Origin: a virus
Lineage: Duplodnaviria > Caudoviricetes
Length of the DNA: 31,552 bases
Direction: 5' to 3' (one strand)
Virus record (IMG/VR): IMGVR_UViG_3300027021_000012
Span: 1 to 31,552 of that record
Each line of letters begins with the position of its first letter. Position 1 is the first letter of the stretch. The notes beneath the pieces are model-generated. The model did not search any database. It had not been told where the DNA came from and saw only the letters and a list, made by a program, of their open reading frames with translations. This document shows positions 1-7,831 of the stretch, piece after piece. The position numbers and the translations under genes are program-made.

Positions 1-501
1 TTATACAGCCCTATTATTAGCTGTCTTTTCTTTGTCTTTTCCATTCTTCGAGCCTGATGACATTTTTTTCTGTAACAATCTATCATATTTCCAACATACG
101 TTATCGTATATATCATCTTGTTCTATAGTGTTTAGTTCTCTGTATTTTAAAAGTAAGTCATGTTCTTGATCATTAAGCCTTCCAATTTCTCCGCTTAGTC
201 TCTTAATATCTTTATCAAAAATCGGTTCTAAGCCTGATCTGTATTTTTCTAATAATTCTTTTTCATCTTCAGAAAGAGATGAATTTGAGTCGTTACTATA
301 TTCGCTACCGGATATGATCCAATCAATTGAAACTCCAAAAACATCTTTAATGGATAATAATGTATCAAAAGAAGGTTTATTTTTATTACTCTCTATTTCA
401 CTTAATCGACTTTGTCCTAATTTTATTTTGTTGCAAAACTCTTTTTGATTTAAATTTTGATCTAATCTAATAGATTTGATTCTACTTCCTACAGTGTCCA
501 T
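1..501 (-). CDS. XRE-family HTH immunity repressor
   Basis: N-terminal XRE HTH (RIKSIRLDQNLNQKEFCNKIKLGQSRLSEIESNKNKPS); SD AGGAGG upstream; divergent from the early operon; no S24 peptidase motif seen. Confidence 0.88.
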   Translation of the reverse strand: MDTVGSRIKSIRLDQNLNQKEFCNKIKLGQSRLSEIESNKNKPSFDTLLSIKDVFGVSIDWIISGSEYSNDSNSSLSEDEKELLEKYRSGLEPIFDKDIKRLSGEIGRLNDQEHDLLLKYRELNTIEQDDIYDNVCWKYDRLLQKKMSSGSKNGKDKEKTANNRAV

Positions 502-513
502 TTAATCCCTCCT

Positions 514-531
514 ATATACGTTAACGGATAA
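514..531. promoter_or_regulatory. Putative operator (imperfect copy ATATACG-TTAA-CGGATAA)
   Basis: Shares the ATATACG half-site and CG spacing of the 566-583 palindrome; abuts the repressor SD. Confidence 0.6.
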
Positions 532-559
532 TAATATATCCGAAAACAGCAAATATTCA

Positions 560-588
560 TTGACAATATACGATATCGTATATATAAT
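560..588 (+). promoter_or_regulatory. Early lytic promoter, consensus sigma-A type
   Basis: TTGACA (560-565), 17 bp spacer, TATAAT (583-588). Confidence 0.9.
566..583. promoter_or_regulatory. Putative repressor operator, perfect 18-bp palindrome ATATACGATATCGTATAT
   Basis: Perfect palindrome filling the -35/-10 spacer of the early promoter next to an XRE repressor gene. Confidence 0.78.
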
Positions 589-764
589 GTATTTAGATAG
601 ATAAGTACATCAAAATTTTATCACACTATCATAACAAAAGCAACAATTCTGCAACATTTTCTTGCATGTTGCAACGAAATCATATCTTTCTAAATACGTG
701 CTCCCATCTAATGCACGAGTTAGCAACATAAAAACTATTTTAAAACTTGAAAGGAGTGAGATAA

Positions 765-1148
765 ATCAGAAAAGAAGAATTAAATTATATAAGTTATTTA
801 ATGGATGAAAAAAAAGCTCAATTAAATAAACTCGAAGATAATTCAGGAGTACTTCAATCAAAGGAAGTAGATCATTGTAAAAAGTTAAAAGAAGAGTTGG
901 AGATATTGCTTAGAATCGTAAAAATTCTCAATAAAAATGACAATGCCCCACCGGTTGGAGCGGTGGAGCAAATGCAGCACATAGTTAAAGGCATCCTATC
1001 ATATTCAATGACAATGCAAATTGAAAAAATTGATAACCACAAGATAGAATTATTACTTTTTGATAACATTGATAAACGCCTGTTGGCTAAGCTTGAATTT
1101 AATATGATAGGCAAAACGCTTACACTGATGAATTATGAACTTTATTAA
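765..1148 (+). CDS. Hypothetical early protein (first ATG at 801; possible ATC start at 765)
   Basis: Frame is open from 765; the only good SD (AAGGAGTG, 751-758) sits in front of ATC 765, not ATG 801. Confidence 0.6.
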   Translation: MRKEELNYISYLMDEKKAQLNKLEDNSGVLQSKEVDHCKKLKEELEILLRIVKILNKNDNAPPVGAVEQMQHIVKGILSYSMTMQIEKIDNHKIELLLFDNIDKRLLAKLEFNMIGKTLTLMNYELY

Positions 1149-1401
1149 TAAGCTCACAATGATGCTGATCTTGGGTCATTTCACATTCGATAGTAATCTC
1201 TAATACAGATTTTTGATTTATAGAGTCCCTATCAAAGAATGAAAAAATTGCCTGGTAACGATTTTCTTTGTTTGCGACTTGGCTACCTGAGTGAAAGTCC
1301 AAAATGTATCCGGGCTTCAAAAAAGTATTAGCAAACTCAATCATAGAATAGCAACAGGGACAGTTATTTTCAAAATCTCTCATTGAATAAAATCTTATCA
1401 T
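1120..1401 (-). CDS. Reversed hypothetical protein, 93 aa (MIRFYSMRDFENNCPCC...)
   Basis: Strong SD GGAAGGAGGGG before ATG 1401; own extended -10; ORF-track start at 1503 has no such support. Confidence 0.7.
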   Translation of the reverse strand: MIRFYSMRDFENNCPCCYSMIEFANTFLKPGYILDFHSGSQVANKENRYQAIFSFFDRDSINQKSVLEITIECEMTQDQHHCELINKVHNSSV

Positions 1402-1423
1402 TAGCACCCCTCCTTCCAATGCT

Positions 1424-1432
1424 ATTTTAACA
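1424..1432 (-). promoter_or_regulatory. Extended -10 promoter TGTTAAAAT for the 1401-1120 gene
   Basis: TGn + TAAAAT just upstream of the SD on the minus strand. Confidence 0.5.
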
Positions 1433-1470
1433 TTGACGCAGGGATAAAAGAAGAAAGGAAGTGAAAATAG

Positions 1471-1890
1471 ATGAAACACGGAAAAAGACCGACGCGAGCA
1501 CAAAAAATCAGAATCAAGTCACATGGACTCAATCCTGATCATTGGTTAATCGTGAAAGACTGTAGAGAGTGTTTTCAGATTGTTCATAGAACATCCGGTG
1601 AATCAAGAAAATTAATACAAGGTAGAGAAGTGGTAGATAAATGTATTACTGAAAATTACAATGTGGTTGTTCGTATGAAAACGACCACAGGTAAAGCTAA
1701 GTTAACAATGAATGATGATGATCAGACGGCGACGGTAACGATAAAAGATACTTCAGGTAACGACCACATTGTAGAGATTGATTATGTTCGAATACTCAAT
1801 GCAATGAAGACAAAAGCAGAATTAGTGGAGTTCATAAGTGAAGACTTAGGAAGCAAAAGCGAAAAATGTATTGCTGCTTCGGAGGTATAA
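1471..1890 (+). CDS. DUF6906-like small phage protein fused to a hypothetical domain
   Basis: N-terminus MKHGKRPTRAQKIRIKSHGLNPDHWLIVKD resembles the short DUF6906-type proteins of Bacillota phages; SD GAAAGGAAG. Confidence 0.62.
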   Translation: MKHGKRPTRAQKIRIKSHGLNPDHWLIVKDCRECFQIVHRTSGESRKLIQGREVVDKCITENYNVVVRMKTTTGKAKLTMNDDDQTATVTIKDTSGNDHIVEIDYVRILNAMKTKAELVEFISEDLGSKSEKCIAASEV

Positions 1891-1891
1891 A

Positions 1892-2115
1892 GACGGCAAG
1901 AGAGTCACCTCCTATGTCATTGTATTTTTAGTATTGCAGTTAGGACAAATGGCATAATTCTTGATGCCTACCCTGTAGAGTGGGGTTTGGCAGTTGATAC
2001 AGTGGTGATTACTTATTGATTTGTTCTTTGAACTACTACTTTGAGATTCTTCTGTGGTGGCAGGAATCTCAACATCAAATTTAACCGTATGTTTTTTCAT
2101 AGTGCTCTTGCCGTC
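1892..2115. repeat. 11-bp perfect inverted repeat GACGGCAAGAG (1892-1902) / CTCTTGCCGTC (2105-2115)
   Basis: Read directly; brackets the reversed zinc-ribbon gene. Confidence 0.8.
1912..2100 (-). CDS. Reversed small zinc-ribbon protein, 62 aa
   Basis: CINC...CPNC motif; ATG 2100 lies downstream of an extended -10; SD is weak (AAGAG). Confidence 0.62.
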   Translation of the reverse strand: MKKHTVKFDVEIPATTEESQSSSSKNKSISNHHCINCQTPLYRVGIKNYAICPNCNTKNTMT

Positions 2116-2121
2116 ATAAAA

Positions 2122-2130
2122 ATTATAACA
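2122..2130 (-). promoter_or_regulatory. Extended -10 promoter TGTTATAAT for the zinc-ribbon gene
   Basis: Perfect TGn-TATAAT on the minus strand about 22 nt upstream of ATG 2100. Confidence 0.6.
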
Positions 2131-2171
2131 TACGGTATAAAAATTTAATATTATCGAAAGGAGGATGCTTG

Positions 2172-2387
2172 ATGCATAGCAAAAGAAAACTGACACACTT
2201 TGGTGTTGTCGTGAAGAAAAGACTTATTGAAAAAGGTATGACTCAAGTACAGCTTGCTGAAATGGTTGGCACGAGCAACAAGTACCTCAACCTGATCCTA
2301 TATGGTGACCGATCGGGTGAAAAATACATTGACAGCATTGCAAAAGTACTCGGTTTGGACCTTGAAAATTTTAAACAAACAGCGTAG
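2172..2387 (+). CDS. Ner/Cro-like XRE HTH regulator
   Basis: HTH LIEKGMTQVQLAEMVGTSNKYLNLILYG; SD GAAAGGAGG; upstream of the transposase as ner is in Mu. Confidence 0.85.
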   Translation: MHSKRKLTHFGVVVKKRLIEKGMTQVQLAEMVGTSNKYLNLILYGDRSGEKYIDSIAKVLGLDLENFKQTA

Positions 2388-2400
2388 AAGGAGGTTATGC

Positions 2401-2700
2401 ATGAAAAATGTTAACGTTTTTTTAAAGGAGATCAAAGAGCTGAAAGCCGGAATGGAAAAAAGCACGGAGATTTCAAAAGATTCACAATTGATCATACTTG
2501 AGAGGAAACAAAAAGAGCTCAAACGAAAATCGGAGCAGATCAGTAATGAGATTGAACATGAAGTTGAAGATTTCTTTGGATATCTCAACCTGAAACAGGC
2601 AAGCATTGAAACACTAAGCACCATGAGCATTTTTGTGGAAGAAGAACTTAAGAAAATTGAAAGACAAATTGAGACAATCAAAGTGACGCGAAGTGAATAA
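2401..2700 (+). CDS. Hypothetical coiled-coil protein, 99 aa
   Basis: SD GAAGGAGG before ATG 2401; E/K/L-rich helical sequence. Confidence 0.72.
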   Translation: MKNVNVFLKEIKELKAGMEKSTEISKDSQLIILERKQKELKRKSEQISNEIEHEVEDFFGYLNLKQASIETLSTMSIFVEEELKKIERQIETIKVTRSE

Positions 2701-2713
2701 CCGGAGGAGTTTG

Positions 2714-2857
2714 ATGAAAAAATGGCAAAAGAAAAAAGAGCATCCATGGACAAGACGAATACTCTTTTCAAAAGCCGTGATGAAAACTTTCATCTCCTTC
2801 ATTTTACTCGAAAAAAGTCACCTTGTAAAGTACAAAGGGGTGAAAAGAATTGACTGA
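2714..2857 (+). CDS. Small ORF below the track cutoff (47 aa MKKWQKKKEHPW...; alternative frame 2722-2853, 43 aa)
   Basis: SD GGAGGAG at 2703-2709; fills the gap and overlaps the transposase start; frame ambiguous. Confidence 0.45.
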   Translation: MKKWQKKKEHPWTRRILFSKAVMKTFISFILLEKSHLVKYKGVKRID

Positions 2858-4949
2858 AATATTTGTCACATTAGAGGAAGCTGCTGAATTAGAAAATATT
2901 AGTTACAAAGGTATGTCATCAAGATTACAGCGAAATCCTCAAAGTTATAAGACGAAAAATGAACCTGGCATCAACGGAGGAAAAGACAGAGTTTTAGTTG
3001 CCCTTTCCTCTCTCTCTAAAAAGGCTAGGCGTGGACATAAAGAACAAAAGAACATCGATGGGAGGGATGTTGTGAATGATCAAAATATAAGTGAAAATGC
3101 ACCGTGGTATATCGACATAGATTTGAACTGGTACATTGAAAAATTCAAAAAGCAATATTACAAAGCCGTTGAGCTCGGACGTCAAATACAAGAATTTCTT
3201 GATTATAACGAGGGCGATCGTACGACCTATGCGGAGGAATACGCGGAACAACTGGGCATAAGTCAACGGACTTTATACAGATACTCTCAAGCCTATCTTG
3301 AAGCCACAGCATGGGCCATAAAACGTCAAAAAGAAGATGGACATAATTATGATTTTTTTAAAGTCCTGTCACTTTGTCGTAAACCCAAGCAATGCTTCAC
3401 CTTCCCATCACTTAGTGGGGAAGTTAAAGCCTTCATTGAAAATGTATGGTTCGATAAAACCTTTGCAGCAAATAACGGAACCGTTGAAATGCTCTATGAG
3501 AAACTTGAAGAAGTTGCTGAGCTTAGATCGTGGGAATATCCGTCTTATCAGACAGTGACGCGCTATATCAATTACTTGATGAATGAAGCCAGAGCTAAAA
3601 ATGCTCATTTGCTTGCCTCCAAAGGTTCCAAGGAATATAAGAACAGAGTCATGATCAAAGGAACAAGAAATACAAAAGCATTACCGGTGATGGGATTAGT
3701 TCAGGGTGATGAACATACCTTTGACTGCTGGGTGGCATATACCCATCCAAACGGCAAGGTAAAAGCGATAAAGCCAAAGTTAGTTGCATGGGTTGATACA
3801 AGAAGCCGTGTCATCATAGGCGATGTTATCTGTGTTAATGCAAATTCGCAGATATTAAAACAATCTCTTCTTAAGATGCTCTATAGTGATCCGGGAGGGG
3901 TCCCACAGTGGTTGTTGATTGATAATGGTAAGGATTATACAGCTAAGACAATGACAGGCAGAAGTAGAAAAGAACGCTATAACATTGACCTTTCCTTTGA
4001 CAGTGAAACAAAAGGTTTTTATCGGAGTATCGGTATAGAGGATGATTTTAGAAGTATTCCATATCAACCTTGGAGCAAAGGTCAAGTCGAGCGCTTTTTT
4101 GGAACGGCATGTAATCGATTCACGAAATGGGTGGAATCTTATACGGGAACCTTAACCGGATCATTGACCGATGCCAAAGTAAAAAAAGATGTCAATGGAA
4201 TGTTGGAGCGCGGTGAATTATTAACCATGGAAGACTTTTACAAGGAATGGTCTAAATGGCTACATGAAAAATATCATCAACGAAAACATAAAGGTCTCAA
4301 AGATCAAAAAGAGATATACCAAAAGCCCATGGAACTCTTCATGAATGCAGAAGAAAAGTATTACAAACCTGCACCGCCAAAATCATATGCAACGATACTA
4401 ATGATGAAGGCAGAGCGCGTTCATGTCTATAACATTGGAATTAAGCGTTTCGGCTATGAATATCGCGCACAAGAGCTTGGAGATTATGTGGGAGAAAAGG
4501 TGGATATTAAATATGATCCGGAAGATGTAACCAAGCTATATGTCTACACAACAAAAGGTGAAAAGATATGCGAAGCAGTTGCGCAGGAATTGTTAATGAT
4601 TGCACCGAGAGTTCCACAAAAAGCCCTTGAAGAACATATTAAGATGCAAAATACACAGTTTAAGACCGACCGACTTCGTAATGATTATTACACAACGCCT
4701 TATGGATTGCGCGAAGACCTTGAGCAAAGAATTGAAGGGCATGTGAATGCAGACAGTGATGTTGTCGGCATTGAATCATTCTATATTAAAGGTCAAGGCA
4801 AGGAAAGTAACGTGGTTACTTTACCACAAGATAAACAATATATGAAAGACATCAAAAACAAGAAAGCAAAGGTACAGCAGGAAACAGATAACGAATTTTT
4901 CAACAAAAAAGCTCAGAGTGCACTCAATAAATTGAGAGAACTGGGTTAA
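2850..4949 (+). CDS. Mu-type DDE transposase (MuA)
   Basis: Catalytic motifs GDEHTFD, IDNGKDY, PWSKGQVERFF; N-terminal HTHs; Mu C-terminal barrel (VDIKYDPEDVTKLYV); TTG start. Confidence 0.96.
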   Translation: MTEIFVTLEEAAELENISYKGMSSRLQRNPQSYKTKNEPGINGGKDRVLVALSSLSKKARRGHKEQKNIDGRDVVNDQNISENAPWYIDIDLNWYIEKFKKQYYKAVELGRQIQEFLDYNEGDRTTYAEEYAEQLGISQRTLYRYSQAYLEATAWAIKRQKEDGHNYDFFKVLSLCRKPKQCFTFPSLSGEVKAFIENVWFDKTFAANNGTVEMLYEKLEEVAELRSWEYPSYQTVTRYINYLMNEARAKNAHLLASKGSKEYKNRVMIKGTRNTKALPVMGLVQGDEHTFDCWVAYTHPNGKVKAIKPKLVAWVDTRSRVIIGDVICVNANSQILKQSLLKMLYSDPGGVPQWLLIDNGKDYTAKTMTGRSRKERYNIDLSFDSETKGFYRSIGIEDDFRSIPYQPWSKGQVERFFGTACNRFTKWVESYTGTLTGSLTDAKVKKDVNGMLERGELLTMEDFYKEWSKWLHEKYHQRKHKGLKDQKEIYQKPMELFMNAEEKYYKPAPPKSYATILMMKAERVHVYNIGIKRFGYEYRAQELGDYVGEKVDIKYDPEDVTKLYVYTTKGEKICEAVAQELLMIAPRVPQKALEEHIKMQNTQFKTDRLRNDYYTTPYGLREDLEQRIEGHVNADSDVVGIESFYIKGQGKESNVVTLPQDKQYMKDIKNKKAKVQQETDNEFFNKKAQSALNKLRELG

Positions 4950-4973
4950 ATTTAAGAAAGTGAGGATGAAACG

Positions 4974-5945
4974 ATGGAAGCAGTAGCGACGATTTATACA
5001 CAAGAAGTAAGAACATTAGCACAAAGAGTGAATGAATACTTAACAAGTAACAAAAAGACAAAGGCCCAATTGGCAACGGAACTTAATTATTCAAGAACAA
5101 CAATATCAAGATTTTTGTCAGGGAAATATGACAGTGACACAACAGAGATTGAAGCAAAGCTTGAAGAATATCTTAGAAACAATACGGACTCACCTGAAAG
5201 TAATAGTAACAATGAATCAACAGGCGTTCGAAAAGTGACAAAAAGAAAAGGATTTTTCGAAAGCAAGGACGCGTTAAACGTTATAGGTGTATGCAGCTCT
5301 TGTCAAGAAGATATGGGATTAGGAATCGTTGTAGGAAAGTCAGGCTTTGGAAAAACAAATGCATTAAAATATTATGCACGAATGCCTCGTGTAGCCTACA
5401 TTGAATGTGACGATACTATGTCAGCTCGTGACTTAGTAGAAGCTATTGAGAGATCTCTTGGAATACCACAAACCTATGGAACTATTTGGAAAAGAGTCAA
5501 CGGGATTCGAGAGTTTTTCAATGTCAATCATGGATACTTACTCATTATTGACGAAGCTGACAAGCTGATCAGCAAGTACACGCAAAAGAAAATGGAAATC
5601 CTCAGAGGTATCTTTGATCAGTCAGATGTCGGAATGGTGATAGCCGGTGAGCCAAGACTTGAGGCACAGATAAAAAGTTATCTTGCACGTTTTGCGAATC
5701 GAGTTGATTTCTATGCTTCGCTCAAAGGCTTACATTCAAGCGAAGTTGAGAAATATCTCTCGGACTATAGCATCGAAAAAGACGCTATGAGTGAATTGAT
5801 GTCTAGAGCATGTAACAATCAAACAGGTTGTTTTAGATTATTGGACCGGACTTTAAATAACGTGATCCGAATCATGAATGAGAATGAAAAGGATGTGATT
5901 ACGCTTAAAATTATCTCACAAGCCAGTAATATGATGATGCTTTAG
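4974..5945 (+). CDS. MuB-like AAA+ transposition ATPase
   Basis: N-terminal HTH, Walker A GKSGFGKT, Walker B LLIIDEAD; directly after the transposase. Confidence 0.95.
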   Translation: MEAVATIYTQEVRTLAQRVNEYLTSNKKTKAQLATELNYSRTTISRFLSGKYDSDTTEIEAKLEEYLRNNTDSPESNSNNESTGVRKVTKRKGFFESKDALNVIGVCSSCQEDMGLGIVVGKSGFGKTNALKYYARMPRVAYIECDDTMSARDLVEAIERSLGIPQTYGTIWKRVNGIREFFNVNHGYLLIIDEADKLISKYTQKKMEILRGIFDQSDVGMVIAGEPRLEAQIKSYLARFANRVDFYASLKGLHSSEVEKYLSDYSIEKDAMSELMSRACNNQTGCFRLLDRTLNNVIRIMNENEKDVITLKIISQASNMMML

Positions 5946-5974
5946 TTTCAAAATAATTGTCAAAGGAGGTTCAT

Positions 5975-6247
5975 ATGGAACAGGTGTTAAGTTTAAAAGA
6001 TGTTATAACATGTGCAATCAATAAAATAGAAGTAGGAGAAACAAAGAAAGAAGCTGTTCAAGAAATCACTTCCTATGTGGAAAATAATTACATTAATAAA
6101 GCGATGATTCAGGACCTAATAAATTTACCACTAGATGATGTAGCGATACTTCATCAGGAAGGTTTTGATTTTGGAGTAAATGGTGGCGAATTAAACGGAA
6201 TAGTTTTAAAGAAGGAGGGACAGAACAATGGCGAGAAAACGTATTGA
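5975..6247 (+). CDS. Hypothetical protein, 90 aa
   Basis: SD AAAGGAGG before ATG 5975. Confidence 0.7.
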   Translation: MEQVLSLKDVITCAINKIEVGETKKEAVQEITSYVENNYINKAMIQDLINLPLDDVAILHQEGFDFGVNGGELNGIVLKKEGQNNGEKTY

Positions 6248-6737
6248 AAACAAACCATCAATCAAGAGTTGGGAAGAAGTCAACGAAGCATTAAAGGAAA
6301 TTGCAGAAGGTGAGATTCTTGTTGAAGACATTGAAGGTGAAATGAACAGACAGATTAACGGGATCAAGAAATCTTCACAGCTTGAAGCAAAACCACACCA
6401 AGATAAAATTGATAAGCTTGGCAAGGATATCAAGGAATTTGTAACAGAACACAGAGATGAAATAGAAGGTAAAACGAAAGTACTCAATTTTGGGAAAACC
6501 GGATTTCGTTTAAGCACAACAATCAGCATTCCTAGAGCCAAAGAAAAAGTGGCGGCTATTATTAAGAGTTTGAAAATTCGAAAGATGACAGATTGCATCA
6601 AGGTTGAAGAGAAGATTAATAAAGAAGTCCTTAAAAAATATAGTGAGGATGAGATCATTAAAGTGGGTGCAAAGCTTAGAAAACAAGACGTCTTTTGGTA
6701 TGAAACGGCAAGAGAAAAAATCCGCGAATCAAATTGA
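6228..6737 (+). CDS. gam: Host-nuclease inhibitor Gam
   Basis: SWEEVNEALKEIA, KTKVLNFGKTGFRLS, EEKINKEVLK motifs; length and position typical of Mu Gam. Confidence 0.9.
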   Translation: MARKRIENKPSIKSWEEVNEALKEIAEGEILVEDIEGEMNRQINGIKKSSQLEAKPHQDKIDKLGKDIKEFVTEHRDEIEGKTKVLNFGKTGFRLSTTISIPRAKEKVAAIIKSLKIRKMTDCIKVEEKINKEVLKKYSEDEIIKVGAKLRKQDVFWYETAREKIRESN

Positions 6738-6750
6738 TGGGAGGTCTGTT

Positions 6751-7221
6751 ATGGGATACAACAACCGGGGGCGTTTATACGCTCCCAATTATAGTATAAA
6801 GACCATTTGGGGCATTGCAAAATCACCGGAGCTTCTTCTAAACAAAGAGGACTTATATTCAATCATATACATCGAAACAGGAAAAGATAGCATGAGAAAA
6901 CTCAGCCAAAATGAAATCAACAAAGTTTGTGCGGCCTTACTTAAGATGAAAGATTCAACTAAAGGAAAGCCCAAAAGTAACAGAACAGATGTCGGAGGAA
7001 ATAAACGAACACAGGCGCAACGGCAAAAAATCTATAGGCTTACTGAAGAACTTGGATGGAATGACAACAATGCTAGAATTAATGGATTTGTCAAAAAAAT
7101 GTTTGGCGTTGAAAGGCTTGAGTGGCTTGACAAATATCAGTGTAACAGACTTATTGAAATGCTGAAAAGTATGGTTGAGAGAGAAGCCGTTAAAAAGGCA
7201 GGTGACTCAGTTGGCAACTAA
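6751..7221 (+). CDS. gemA: GemA / Mu gp16-like regulatory protein
   Basis: TGKDSMRKLSQNE, QRQKIYRL, INGFVKKMFGVERLEWL...LIEMLKSM; SD GGGAGG before ATG 6751. Confidence 0.85.
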   Translation: MGYNNRGRLYAPNYSIKTIWGIAKSPELLLNKEDLYSIIYIETGKDSMRKLSQNEINKVCAALLKMKDSTKGKPKSNRTDVGGNKRTQAQRQKIYRLTEELGWNDNNARINGFVKKMFGVERLEWLDKYQCNRLIEMLKSMVEREAVKKAGDSVGN

Positions 7222-7588
7222 AAAGAAATACAAGAAGATGACCAATAAGGAAAAGCAGCATGCCAAAGAATTCCGTAAGGAACTAAGAGAAAAAGGCATC
7301 ATCCCTCCTATCAAGCCAAAACTCAACCGCAACAACTTTGCCAAAGAGGTTATTGAGGAATGGGAAAAGGATGGAGATATTTTCTACCTTCCAAGAGCTT
7401 TGGGGTGTATTATTCCAAGTGGTGCAATAAAAACCAAAATAACACCTGAGCAGGTTGGAGCTCTCAAGGTCATGAAGCTTGCCTTGGAATACAAGAAGTT
7501 TGAAGAAGAAGTCAAGGCTCGTGGCGAAACAAGTTACAAAGCAACGGAGCTTTATGAGAAGGTTATTGCTCCGATCATAAATCTATGA
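7211..7588 (+). CDS. Hypothetical protein (MATKKKYKK...)
   Basis: TTG start after AGGCAGGTGA, overlapping the gemA stop; contiguous in operon. Confidence 0.72.
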   Translation: MATKKKYKKMTNKEKQHAKEFRKELREKGIIPPIKPKLNRNNFAKEVIEEWEKDGDIFYLPRALGCIIPSGAIKTKITPEQVGALKVMKLALEYKKFEEEVKARGETSYKATELYEKVIAPIINL

Positions 7589-7600
7589 GGGAGGTCTACC

Positions 7601-7831
7601 ATGAATACAGTAAAATTTAAAGTTGATATGGTCGCAGAAATAAAGGATATTCAAAAGGCATTGAAAAAGCGTGGTATCACAGTAAATCAGGCGAATACGA
7701 ATAGATTCATCAAGTTAATTCAACAAGGAAGTTTCTCATTAAACTTTGAGTTCTATGAGGACACTCCACAGGATAGAGAAACACTATTAATGTACGGATT
7801 TACATTTGATAAAAAGGAGGACTCAAAATGA
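7601..7831 (+). CDS. Hypothetical protein, 76 aa
   Basis: SD GAGGGAGG; ATGA overlap with the endolysin. Confidence 0.72.
   Translation: MNTVKFKVDMVAEIKDIQKALKKRGITVNQANTNRFIKLIQQGSFSLNFEFYEDTPQDRETLLMYGFTFDKKEDSK

Noticed and set aside
1434-1462. Plus-strand promoter starting at TTGACG
   Set aside because: No -10 hexamer at a 16-18 bp spacing
2850-5945. Transposase + AAA ATPase as a Tn7-like or CRISPR-associated transposon
   Set aside because: No TniQ, Cas gene or array; the pair sits among Gam, GemA, Mor and a full virion gene set
7211-7831. Type II toxin-antitoxin pair
   Set aside because: No RelE/ParE or antitoxin motifs recognised; both genes are simply contiguous in the early operon
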